Assembly: GCA_944391965.1 (NCBI GenBank)
Contig: CALXVH010000001.1
Span: 38,828 to 102,827 of the forward strand
Length of the DNA: 64,000 bases
Source: an uncultured Clostridia bacterium
Lineage (GTDB): Bacteria > Bacillota > Clostridia > TANB77 > CAG-508
Reading direction: 5' to 3'
The translations under genes were made by a program, and so were the position numbers. The stretch's first letter is position 1. Each line of letters begins with the position of its first letter. The notes beneath the pieces were generated by a model. It ran no database searches and was not told where the DNA came from. It was given only the letters and a program-made list of their open reading frames with translations. Positions 1-8,584 of this stretch are shown piece after piece.

Positions 1-10
1 GAGTTAATAA

Positions 11-43
11 AACAGAGCATTATTTCATTTTGCTCTGTTTTTA
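11..43. terminator. Stem-loop with T-run; probable bidirectional terminator
   Basis: AACAGAGCA (11-19) pairs with TGCTCTGTT (31-39), a 9-bp stem, followed by TTTTT on the + strand. It lies 6 nt from the stop of the 49..912 minus-strand gene. Confidence 0.5.
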
Positions 44-48
44 TTAAA

Positions 49-912
49 TCATTTTAAGATGTCATATATATTTTCGAATACATATCCCTTGTCTTTTAAT
101 ACTTGTATTAATTGTGGTAATAATTCATACGTACTTTTTTTAGTTCCTATATCATGCATTAATATAACCACACTATTTTTATTTCCAATTGTACTTTCTA
201 CATAGCTCATCATATCATTTACATTATCTAACCCGGCTGCATCAGCAGTTAAAGCATTCCAATCTAGATGTGCCACATTTTTTTGATTTAATAAATTAAC
301 AGCTTCTGTCTTAATATTTGCATATTTTCCTCCGGTTGTCCCTCCTGGGAACCTAAATACCCTAGAATTATAAGTTTGATCTCCTATTGCATTTTTTATA
401 GCCACTTCTGTTCTATTGTATTCATCTAACACTGCCTGTGGTGAGGAATATATATTAGAATAAACATGTGTAAAACTATGGTTTGCTATATAATGACCTT
501 CTTGATATGCTCTTTTTACTATTTCTGGATATCTTTCGGCATTACTTCCCAACACAAAAAATGTTGCCTTAACATTATTCTGTTTTAATATATCCAAAAT
601 TGGAATAGTAACAGATTTCGAAGGACCATCATCAAATGTTAGAAAAACTCTTTTATAATCTGAATTATAAATATGTGACACTCTATCTACTATTTTGTTT
701 TTCTTTGCATTATCTGAAAAAAACAGTTCATGAGTTGGTTTATTTTTAGCTAATATCTCACTTTCTATTATACTTAAATTCTTATTATAATGACGCACAC
801 CAAAAAATATCGCTGTAGACATAAGCGATATGATTAATATCAAAACTATTGTAATTATTATTACTTTTTTTACATTTAAACGTGGTTTTACCTCTATTAA
901 ATCTAATGTCAT
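49..912 (-). CDS. Membrane-anchored polysaccharide deacetylase (NodB/CE4 family)
   Basis: 287-aa ORF with an N-terminal TM helix. NodB-homology motifs FLTFDDGP and HSFTH are present. Confidence 0.85.
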   Translation of the reverse strand: MTLDLIEVKPRLNVKKVIIITIVLILIISLMSTAIFFGVRHYNKNLSIIESEILAKNKPTHELFFSDNAKKNKIVDRVSHIYNSDYKRVFLTFDDGPSKSVTIPILDILKQNNVKATFFVLGSNAERYPEIVKRAYQEGHYIANHSFTHVYSNIYSSPQAVLDEYNRTEVAIKNAIGDQTYNSRVFRFPGGTTGGKYANIKTEAVNLLNQKNVAHLDWNALTADAAGLDNVNDMMSYVESTIGNKNSVVILMHDIGTKKSTYELLPQLIQVLKDKGYVFENIYDILK

Positions 913-1023
913 TTTTGCTCACCTAGCACTTGTTTTTTCGCATATATTATATATCAAGCATATTTAAAATTCAATACAAAATATATTTTGGTTGTTGACT
1001 TCGTAGTATTTTACATAAATTTT

Positions 1024-1101
1024 GAACTTTAAGCCCGTCCCTAAAGTTCAAAAAAGGGATTTAAGGAACGTCCCCAAATCCCTAGGAACGTTCTAAATCC
1101 C
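1024..1101. repeat. Family-1 hairpin repeat, three stacked units
   Basis: Unit 1 is TGAACTTTA-AGCCCGTCCC-TAAAGTTCA (1023-1050). Unit 2 is GGGATTT-AAGGAACGTCCCC-AAATCCC (1056-1082). Unit 3 is TAGGAACGTTCT-AAATCCC (1083-1101). The array ends 7 nt before the ATPase stop codon. Confidence 0.85.
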
Positions 1102-1108
1102 TTTTGAT

Positions 1109-3901
1109 TTATGCTTCGTCTTTTGTTGTATTTATTTTTGATAGTTTGAATATTTCTACAATTACTAATGGTGCTATTATTAATAAAATTGTTTCTATTA
1201 AGTTGCCCATTGGTAAAATTGGTATACTGAATATATGTCTTAATGCTGGTACTAACAATATTATAAGCATTAATGCTGCTGATGCTCCTATTGCTAGCAA
1301 TAACATTTTGTTGTTAAATGGATGTGTTTTAAATACAGATTTTTTGTTATTCCTAATGTTAAATACATGTACTAATTCTGAAAATGCTAATACCATAAAG
1401 GCCATTGTTTGACCAATTTCTACTTTTACTTCTTGATTTTCTACATATTCTGCACCATTTGCTAATGCTTCATCTAAGTTTTCTACTTCTTCAACACCAT
1501 ATAAAGTTCCATCTATTTTTACCATAGTTGGTAAATTCTCTTCTGGTGTTGCAATACCAATTATAAATGCTGCAAGTGTAAGTAAACCAATCATTATTCC
1601 TTGATATACAACTCTAAAACTCATACCTTTTGTAAAAATACCTTTTTGTTTCTTTGGTTTTCGTTTCATTACATCGTCTTCTGCAGGGTCTACTGCTAAT
1701 GCTAATGCTGGAAGTGAATCTGTTACTAAATTAATCCATAATATATGAATTGGAAGTAATACTTCGATTAATCCAATATCTATATTAAATGTGCTTCCAA
1801 GCCAAGGTGTAATTAGAATTGCTAAAAATAGTACTATAATTTCACCAACATTACTAGAAAGTAAGAATTGAATAGCTTTTAATATATTGTCATAAATACG
1901 TCTTCCTTCTTCTACTGATGATACTATTGTTGCAAAATTATCATCAGTTAATATTACATCTGCTGCTTCCTTAGAAACGTCTGTACCTACAATTCCCATT
2001 GCACAACCAATATCTGCTGTTTTTAATGCTGGAGCATCATTTACACCATCACCTGTCATAGCAACAATTTCCCCATTTGCTTGCCATGCTTTTACTATTC
2101 TAACTTTGTGTTCTGGTGATACCCTTGCATAAACTGAATATTTTCTAATATTCTTTGTTAAATCTTCATCTGACATTTCTTCTAGTTCACTACCAGTTAT
2201 AGCTTCATCTTCATTTTCTAATATTCCAAGAGCTTTTGCTATTGCAACAGCTGTAATCTTATGATCACCTGTAATCATTACAGTTTTAATTCCTGCTGTT
2301 TTACATTTTTCTACTGCTACTTTAACTTCTTCTCTTGGTGGATCTATCATTCCAACCATTCCAACAAATATTAAATCATTTTCTATATTTTTCATTTCTT
2401 CATCTGTTGGTTCATGATCTAACTCTTTATATGCCATAGCTAATACTCTTAGAGCATCCTTTGCCATTCCCACATTATATTTATCTATTTCTGCTTTATA
2501 ATTTGCTAAATCATTTTTTATTTCACCATTTAATATATATGAATTACATCTTGCAAGTAATTCATCAATTCCACCTTTTGTATATACAAAATATTTTTCT
2601 CCTACTTTGTTTACTGTAGTCATTAATTTTCTGTCAGAATCAAATGGAATCTCTTTTACTCTTTTTAATTCTAAAACTTCTTTTACGTCAAAATTGATTT
2701 TAAATCCTAAATCTATTAATGCTGTTTCTGTTGGATCTCCTGTTAATTGATTCTCTGCACCAATTTTTGTATCGTTACATAGTGTACAAACTTGCATTAA
2801 TCTATCTAATTCATTGCTGATATCTTTAATATCTGCAACTTCTACTACTTCATTATTTACAAATACTTTTTGAACAGTCATTTTGTTTTGTGTAAGTGTT
2901 CCTGTTTTATCTGAACAAATAACTGTTGCACTTCCTAAAGTTTCTACTGCTGGTAATTTCTTTATGATGGCATTTTTCTTTACCATTCTTTGAACACCTA
3001 TAGCTAAAACTATTGTAGAAACTGCTGCTAAACCTTCTGGAATCGCTGCAACAGCTAAACTAACAGCTGTCATAAACATATCTATTACATCTTTACCATA
3101 CGCAATCCCTATTATAAATATTACTATACATATTGCAAGAGCTGCTATTCCTAATGTTTTTCCTAATTTATTTAACTTTGTTTGAAGTGGTGTTTCTGTT
3201 CCTTCTGTATCACTAATAATTTTAGCAATTTTACCAACTTCTGTATTCATTCCTGTTTCTACTACAATACCTTTTCCTCTTCCATATGTTATAAGTGAAG
3301 AAGAGAAAAGCATATTTGTTCTATCACCAAGACTCACTTTTTCGTCATCTATAGTTTCTGTATTTTTATCTACTGGTACAGACTCACCTGTTAATGATGC
3401 TTCTTGTGACTTTAAGTTCGCACTCTCTACTATTCTTAAGTCTGCTGGTACATAGTCACCTGTATCTAAAACTACAACATCTCCTGGTACTAATTCTCTA
3501 GATTGTACTACTGTTACTTTGCCATTACGCATAACTTTTGATGCATGTGCACTTAATTTTTGAAGTGCTTCTAATGATTTCTCTGCTTTACTTTCTTGTA
3601 CTACTCCAATTATTGCATTAAGTACTACAACTATTAAAATTATAATTGTATCTGTTATTCCTTCGCCTTCTGCAATTCCTACAGCTCCAGATACTATGGC
3701 TGCAATAATTAAAACGATAATCATAAAATCTTTAAATTGTTCTAAAAATTTTACAAATAAAGATTTTTTCTTTTTTTGCTTTAATTCGTTCATGCCATAC
3801 TTTTCATAATTTGCCTTTACTTGTTCTTCTGTTAAGCCTTCCTTAATATTGGTTTGTAATTCTTTTTCTACTTGACTTATTCCTTTGTTAAACCAATTCA
3901 C
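1109..3901 (-). CDS. P2-type cation-transporting ATPase (Ca2+/Mn2+ exporter type, PacL/SERCA-like)
   Basis: 930-aa ORF with a GTG start preceded by AAGGAGAG. Motifs TGES, DKTGTLT and TGDGVNDAPAL are present, with multiple TM helices. Confidence 0.9.
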   Translation of the reverse strand: MNWFNKGISQVEKELQTNIKEGLTEEQVKANYEKYGMNELKQKKKKSLFVKFLEQFKDFMIIVLIIAAIVSGAVGIAEGEGITDTIIILIVVVLNAIIGVVQESKAEKSLEALQKLSAHASKVMRNGKVTVVQSRELVPGDVVVLDTGDYVPADLRIVESANLKSQEASLTGESVPVDKNTETIDDEKVSLGDRTNMLFSSSLITYGRGKGIVVETGMNTEVGKIAKIISDTEGTETPLQTKLNKLGKTLGIAALAICIVIFIIGIAYGKDVIDMFMTAVSLAVAAIPEGLAAVSTIVLAIGVQRMVKKNAIIKKLPAVETLGSATVICSDKTGTLTQNKMTVQKVFVNNEVVEVADIKDISNELDRLMQVCTLCNDTKIGAENQLTGDPTETALIDLGFKINFDVKEVLELKRVKEIPFDSDRKLMTTVNKVGEKYFVYTKGGIDELLARCNSYILNGEIKNDLANYKAEIDKYNVGMAKDALRVLAMAYKELDHEPTDEEMKNIENDLIFVGMVGMIDPPREEVKVAVEKCKTAGIKTVMITGDHKITAVAIAKALGILENEDEAITGSELEEMSDEDLTKNIRKYSVYARVSPEHKVRIVKAWQANGEIVAMTGDGVNDAPALKTADIGCAMGIVGTDVSKEAADVILTDDNFATIVSSVEEGRRIYDNILKAIQFLLSSNVGEIIVLFLAILITPWLGSTFNIDIGLIEVLLPIHILWINLVTDSLPALALAVDPAEDDVMKRKPKKQKGIFTKGMSFRVVYQGIMIGLLTLAAFIIGIATPEENLPTMVKIDGTLYGVEEVENLDEALANGAEYVENQEVKVEIGQTMAFMVLAFSELVHVFNIRNNKKSVFKTHPFNNKMLLLAIGASAALMLIILLVPALRHIFSIPILPMGNLIETILLIIAPLVIVEIFKLSKINTTKDEA

Positions 3902-3928
3902 TATTCATCTCTCCTTTTTTAGTATTAT

Positions 3929-4054
3929 ACACAAAAAGCAAGACTTTAAAAAACTTTTTGTGTTTTTTAAAAGTCTTGCTTACCTAAATTAGGTTACTAA
4001 CCAGAATATTTCGCGACTGTTGATTAGTAGTTCACAAGCTACTCCCTTTTAAAG
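3929..4054 (-). promoter_or_regulatory. Putative yybP-ykoY (Mn2+) riboswitch with intrinsic terminator expression platform
   Basis: The minus-strand RNA reads UUUAAAAG-GGAGUAGC...ACCUAAUUUAGGU-AAGCAAGAC-CUUUUAAA. This matches the conserved GGGGAGUAG and AGCAAGAC blocks and the P1 pairing of the yybP-ykoY class. The 3' P1 strand plus GCAAGAC is also the 5' arm of a 17-18 bp terminator (3938-3979) followed by UUUUUG. It lies directly upstream of a P-type ATPase, a known genomic context for this class. Confidence 0.6.
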
Positions 4055-4061
4055 TAGTTGT

Positions 4062-4090
4062 ATTTTATCACTTAGTAAAAATTTTTTCAA
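4062..4090 (-). promoter_or_regulatory. Sigma-A type promoter for the riboswitch/ATPase transcript
   Basis: On the minus strand: TTGAAA (4085-4090), a 17-nt spacer, then TAAAAT (4062-4067). Confidence 0.5.
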
Positions 4091-4100
4091 TATTTTTTTA

Positions 4101-4787
4101 TTATTTTGCATATAAAATTAATCTTGCTGATCCATTTTGTGAACATGTAGCAAGTGTTATTTCTGGTATTCCACCAGTATCTCTAAACATATAGCTTGTA
4201 TCCTGTTGAGATGTTTCGAACTTATTATATATTGTATATTCTACAGTTACACCATACAAGTCTGTAATATACACTTTATCTCCTATATTTAAATTTTTAT
4301 TTTTTGAAAAAAATAGTCTATTTAAGTAATTATGTCCTGCAATTACTGTATTTCCTGGTTCGTTTGGACCTGGTCCATATTCTACACATACACCTTTTTC
4401 TAAGGCTTGTTTTGATAATGTAGCTATTATTGGATATTTTATACCTGTTTTTGGAATTCTTATATATCCACACACATCATAATTATAATATTTTCCTACA
4501 GATTTTTTTGTTTTTGAACTTCTTGCTGATTTTATTTTATTAGATTTATTATTAGCTTCACTATTAGCTTGATTTGAAGTTACTTCCCCATTGTCACTTA
4601 TTATATTTCCATCAATATCTCCAATTTCATTTGTAAATTCTGCTATATATTCATCTGAATCATCATTTATGATTTTAGCAGAAATAAATCTATACGCTAC
4701 ATATCCTGCTATACATAGTAATATTATTAATAAAATTATAAAAAATACATTTAGAACTTTTTTATAAGCTTCTTCTGCGGTAGACAT
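4101..4787 (-). CDS. Sortase family transpeptidase (paralog 1)
   Basis: 228 aa with an N-terminal TM anchor. It has the catalytic His context VIAGHNY, the TLATC active-site motif and a C-terminal Arg. Confidence 0.85.
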   Translation of the reverse strand: MSTAEEAYKKVLNVFFIILLIILLCIAGYVAYRFISAKIINDDSDEYIAEFTNEIGDIDGNIISDNGEVTSNQANSEANNKSNKIKSARSSKTKKSVGKYYNYDVCGYIRIPKTGIKYPIIATLSKQALEKGVCVEYGPGPNEPGNTVIAGHNYLNRLFFSKNKNLNIGDKVYITDLYGVTVEYTIYNKFETSQQDTSYMFRDTGGIPEITLATCSQNGSARLILYAK

Positions 4788-4848
4788 TTATACCTCCTAT
4801 TAATTAGTTTTAATATTTATATAAAACTTTACATACAATAACAAAAAA

Positions 4849-4877
4849 GGGATTTTAAGGAACGTCCCCAAAATCCC
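4849..4877 (+). repeat. Family-1 hairpin repeat, single canonical unit
   Basis: GGGATTTT-AAGGAACGTCCCC-AAAATCCC. It lies 7 nt from the sortase stop at 4885, and the minus-strand RNA follows with a U-run. Confidence 0.85.
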
Positions 4878-4884
4878 TTTTAGA

Positions 4885-5553
4885 TTATTCTGCAAGTCTT
4901 GCCCAAATTATAATTCTTGCTCTACTGTCATCTGTACAAGTTGTTAAAGATATTTCTGGTTTTCCTTTAGTATCTCTTTGCATATAATCTGCATCTTCTG
5001 GAGTTGTTTCATATTTATTATATACTTCATATCTTAATCTTGTTCCAGAATTATCTGTAATATAAATTGTATCTCCATTTTCTAATTTATAATTATTTGA
5101 AAAAAATTGTCCGTTTCTGTAATTATGTCCTGCAATTACTGTGTTTCCAATTTGGTTTGGTCCTGGTCCATATTGCATTACTACGGCTGTGTTCATTGCT
5201 CTTGTACCCATTTGTTTTAATATTGGAAGATCTACATTAGTTTTTGGTATTTCTATTGCACCTACAACATCAAATCCTTTAAATTTTTTTGTTTCTTGAG
5301 CACCATCTCCGCTTGCGTTTGTAACTGCATTAACATCCAATAAAGAATTAAAGTCTCCAGTAATATTATTTCCTTCTAATGGTTGTATTCCTAATGAATT
5401 AGTATATTCATCCATAAAAGCTTGTGTATCTGCATCTAAGAAATATTTCGTGTACATACTATATCCTAAAAATGCTAATAAGCCAACAATTCCAATTATT
5501 ACAATAATTAATAAAACAGTTAATACTTTACTATATTTACTATCAACAAACAT
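4885..5553 (-). CDS. Sortase family transpeptidase (paralog 2)
   Basis: 222 aa with a TM anchor, VIAGHNY and an SLTTC motif. The architecture matches the neighbouring sortase. Confidence 0.85.
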   Translation of the reverse strand: MFVDSKYSKVLTVLLIIVIIGIVGLLAFLGYSMYTKYFLDADTQAFMDEYTNSLGIQPLEGNNITGDFNSLLDVNAVTNASGDGAQETKKFKGFDVVGAIEIPKTNVDLPILKQMGTRAMNTAVVMQYGPGPNQIGNTVIAGHNYRNGQFFSNNYKLENGDTIYITDNSGTRLRYEVYNKYETTPEDADYMQRDTKGKPEISLTTCTDDSRARIIIWARLAE

Positions 5554-5641
5554 AATTTTACCTCCAATTACTTCTCTAAAGTATATTATAACATATTTTA
5601 AATTGTTTTCATATACTTTATGTAAATTTTTTCTTTTGTTT

Positions 5642-5986
5642 TTAACACATTTTTGTTCCTAATTTTTTACCACCTATTAAGTGAAAATGTAAATGTTTTA
5701 CCTCTTGTCCTCCATCTTCTTTGCAATTATTTATAATTCTATAACCTGTTTCTGCAATACCTTGCTCTTTTGCAATTTTATTTATTACTAGATGTATTTT
5801 AGCAATAATATTTGCATCAGCTTCTGTTACTTCACTTATATCATTATAATGTTTTTTTGGAATTACTAAAATATGAACTGGTGCCATTGGATTAATATCT
5901 TTAAATGCTAATATTTCCTCATCTTCATAAACTTTTGTAGATGGTACCTCTCCTTTTACTATTTTACAAAATAAACAATCTTCCAT
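5642..5986 (-). CDS. HIT family (histidine triad) protein
   Basis: HLHFHLIGG triad motif. I place the start at the internal ATG (MEDCLFCK) because it has a GGAGG SD. The 16-codon upstream extension in the ORF track runs through a repeat element. Confidence 0.85.
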   Translation of the reverse strand: MEDCLFCKIVKGEVPSTKVYEDEEILAFKDINPMAPVHILVIPKKHYNDISEVTEADANIIAKIHLVINKIAKEQGIAETGYRIINNCKEDGGQEVKHLHFHLIGGKKLGTKMC

Positions 5987-6001
5987 TTTATTACCTCCAT
6001 A

Positions 6002-6074
6002 GGGAATTGGGGACGGTGCTTTTTTCCCTTTCATTTTTTATAAAGTAGGGATTTAAGGAACGTCCCCGAATCCC
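6002..6074. repeat. Family-1 hairpin repeats, inverted pair
   Basis: GGGAATT-GGGGACGGTGC-TTTTTTCCC (6002-6028) has an inverted, degenerate core. GGGATTT-AAGGAACGTCCCC-GAATCCC (6048-6074) is canonical. The pair lies between the alaS-like stop and the HIT gene start. Confidence 0.75.
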
Positions 6075-6082
6075 TTTTTGAA

Positions 6083-7834
6083 TTATTTTATTAAAACTGC
6101 TTTTATTCTTCTAATTCCAGATGAGCTAGATTCTTCTTTTTTTATTTTAAATGTACCAAGTTCTCCTGTATGTTTTACATGAGGACCTCCACAAATTTCC
6201 TTGCTAAAGTCTCCTATTGTATATACTTTTACCCTATCACCATATTTACTTGTAAATAAGCCTATTGCTCCAGAGTTCTTTGCTTCATCATAGCTCATTT
6301 CTTCACAAGTTACTGGTAAATCTTCTTTTATTTTTTCATTTACTAAATCCTCTACTTTTTGTAGTTCTTCTTTTGTCATTTTTTGAGGATGTGTAAAGTC
6401 AAATCTTAGTCTTTCTGTTGTAATATTTGAACCACTTTGTTTTACATGTTCACCTAATACTTCTCTTAAAGCTTCATGTAATAAATGTGTTGCTGTATGG
6501 TAAGCTATAGTTTGTTCATTTTGTTCTGCCAAGCCGCCTTTAAATTTTTGCTCACTACCTTGTCGTGATTTTTCTTGATGCTCTTTAAATAATTTATTGA
6601 AACCTTCCATATCTACTTTTATGTTATTTTCTTTTGCCAATTCCTCTGTTACTTCTGGTGGAAAACCATAAGTATCATATAATCTAAATACTGTTTCTGA
6701 ATCTATAATATCTTTTCCTTGTTCTTTTGCTTTAGTGGTAGCTTTTATAAACTCTCTTTCCCCATGTTCTAGAGTTTTTACAAATTTGTTTTGTTCTTCT
6801 AGTATAACTTGTTTGATTGTTTCTTTATTTGCTACTAGATCTGGATACATTTCTTTTAATGTTTCTATATTTAAATTTATTAAATTCTCTGTTTCTTTTA
6901 AATCAATTTGTAGTTTATTTAAATGTCTTATCATTCTTCTAATTAATCTTCTTAAAATGTATCCTCTATCTATATTACTTGGTCTACCACCATCTGCTAT
7001 TATCATCATAGATGCTCTTAAATGTTCTGCAACTATTCTTCTACTATTAATATTATCTACTTTTTGCAATTCTTCTAGCTTGTCCATTACTGGGGCAAAA
7101 AGTTCTGTTTCGAATGGCGTTTGTTTACCTTGTAATAACATTGTCATTCTTTCTAAGCCAAGCCCTGTATCTACATTATGTTGTTTTAGCTCTGTTAATG
7201 TGCCATCTTTATGTTTAAAATATTTCATAAATACATTATTCCATATTTCTACATATTTTCCACAGTCACAATCTGGGTTACATCCTTCTGAACATTTTGG
7301 TTTTCCTGTATCATAAAACATTTCTGTATCTGGTCCACAAGGTCCTTCTTCTCCTGCAATCCACCAATTTTCTTTTAAAAAGTATATTCTTTCTTTTGGT
7401 ATTCCTGCTTCTTCCCAATATTTAGCTGCTTCTTCGTCTTTTGGAGCATCCTCATTTCCTGCAAAACAAGTAACAGATAATTTTTCTACTGGTATGTTTA
7501 ATTCTTTGGTTAGGAATTCAAAACTCATTTTTATAGCTTCTTCTTTAAAATAAGCTCCTAATGACCAGTTCCCTAACATTTCGAAATATGTTAAGTGCCT
7601 GTTATCTCCAACTTCATCTATATCGTTTGTTCTTAAACATTTTTGGTAATCTGTTAATTTATTACCTTCTGGATGTTTCTCACCTAATAAATATGGAACC
7701 AATGGTTGCATGCCAGCTGTTGTGAATAAAACAGATGGATCATTAATTGGTATTAATGGTGCACTTGGTATTATTTTGTGATCATGTTCTTCAAAAAATT
7801 TTAAAAATTTATTTCTTATTTCTATTGCTTTCAT
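6083..7834 (-). CDS. alaS: Alanine--tRNA ligase, short form lacking the C-Ala domain
   Basis: About 583 aa. It has class II AlaRS catalytic-core motifs (FTTAGMQ, YFEMLGNWSLGAYFK) and the editing-domain motifs HTATHLLH and CGGPHV. It ends right after the editing domain. The start is set at the ATG following GAGGGAG; the ORF track begins 6 codons earlier. Confidence 0.75.
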   Translation of the reverse strand: MKAIEIRNKFLKFFEEHDHKIIPSAPLIPINDPSVLFTTAGMQPLVPYLLGEKHPEGNKLTDYQKCLRTNDIDEVGDNRHLTYFEMLGNWSLGAYFKEEAIKMSFEFLTKELNIPVEKLSVTCFAGNEDAPKDEEAAKYWEEAGIPKERIYFLKENWWIAGEEGPCGPDTEMFYDTGKPKCSEGCNPDCDCGKYVEIWNNVFMKYFKHKDGTLTELKQHNVDTGLGLERMTMLLQGKQTPFETELFAPVMDKLEELQKVDNINSRRIVAEHLRASMMIIADGGRPSNIDRGYILRRLIRRMIRHLNKLQIDLKETENLINLNIETLKEMYPDLVANKETIKQVILEEQNKFVKTLEHGEREFIKATTKAKEQGKDIIDSETVFRLYDTYGFPPEVTEELAKENNIKVDMEGFNKLFKEHQEKSRQGSEQKFKGGLAEQNEQTIAYHTATHLLHEALREVLGEHVKQSGSNITTERLRFDFTHPQKMTKEELQKVEDLVNEKIKEDLPVTCEEMSYDEAKNSGAIGLFTSKYGDRVKVYTIGDFSKEICGGPHVKHTGELGTFKIKKEESSSSGIRRIKAVLIK

Positions 7835-7989
7835 TTTCATTCTCCCTCTCATTTGCGCTTATTTTACGCATTTAGATTATATTATATTATGGTATAAATT
7901 GCAAGATTTATCATATTTTTATCTTTTAGTGTATAATTTAATTTTTTCTAGAAATACTAATTTTAGACAAAATTAAAAGGAGGAAAATT

Positions 7990-8545
7990 ATGAAAGCAAC
8001 AGGAGTAGTAAGAAGAATTGATGATCTAGGTAGAGTTGTTATTCCAAAAGAAATAAGAAAAACTTTAAGAATAAAAGAACGGTGACCCTTTAGAAATTTT
8101 TACAGATAAAGAAGGAGAAGTTATATTAAAAAAATATTCTCCTATCGGTGAATTGTCTGAATTTGCTTTAGGTTATGCAGAAACTTTGGCAAAAACAACA
8201 GGACACATTGCTTGCATAACAGATAAAGATACTGTAATTGCGGTTGCTGGCGGTTCAAAAAAAGATTACTTAGAACAAAATTTAAGCAAAGAAATTGAAC
8301 AAATTATGGAAGATAAAGAAGTCTATAAAAGTGATAAAAATAACAATTTATCTGTTCCTATTGTAAAAAATGATAAAAAAGATAAAATATATAATTCACA
8401 AATTGTATATCCAATTATTTCTAATGGCGATTCTATTGGAACTGTTATTTTACTTTCTAAAGAACCATCTACGAAAATGACTGATGTAGAAGCAAAAGTA
8501 GCTCAATCTGCTGCTAGCTTTTTAGGAAGTCAAATGGAAATATAA
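7990..8545 (+). pseudogene. spoVT: SpoVT/AbrB-family sporulation regulator interrupted by a 1-nt insertion
   Basis: MKATGVVRRIDDLGRVVIPKEIRKTLRIKE reads from 7990, then hits TGA at 8083. Dropping the C at 8080 gives GDPLEIF... continuous with the 8153..8545 ORF, which encodes the GAF-like C-domain. Total length is 556 nt, that is 3n+1. Confidence 0.8.
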
Positions 8546-8584
8546 GTTTAAAGCATCTAGCATTCTTAGTTAGATGCTTATTTT

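Noticed and set aside
5987-6034. A 16-codon N-terminal extension of the HIT protein ORF (MKGKKAPSPIPYGGNK).
   Set aside because: The extension is the translation of a family-1 repeat unit. The internal ATG at 5986 has a GGAGG SD and matches the usual HIT N-terminus.
8071-8090. Programmed +1/-1 ribosomal frameshifting in spoVT.
   Set aside because: There is no slippery heptamer or stimulatory structure at the shift site. The out-of-frame stop comes one codon after the inserted base.
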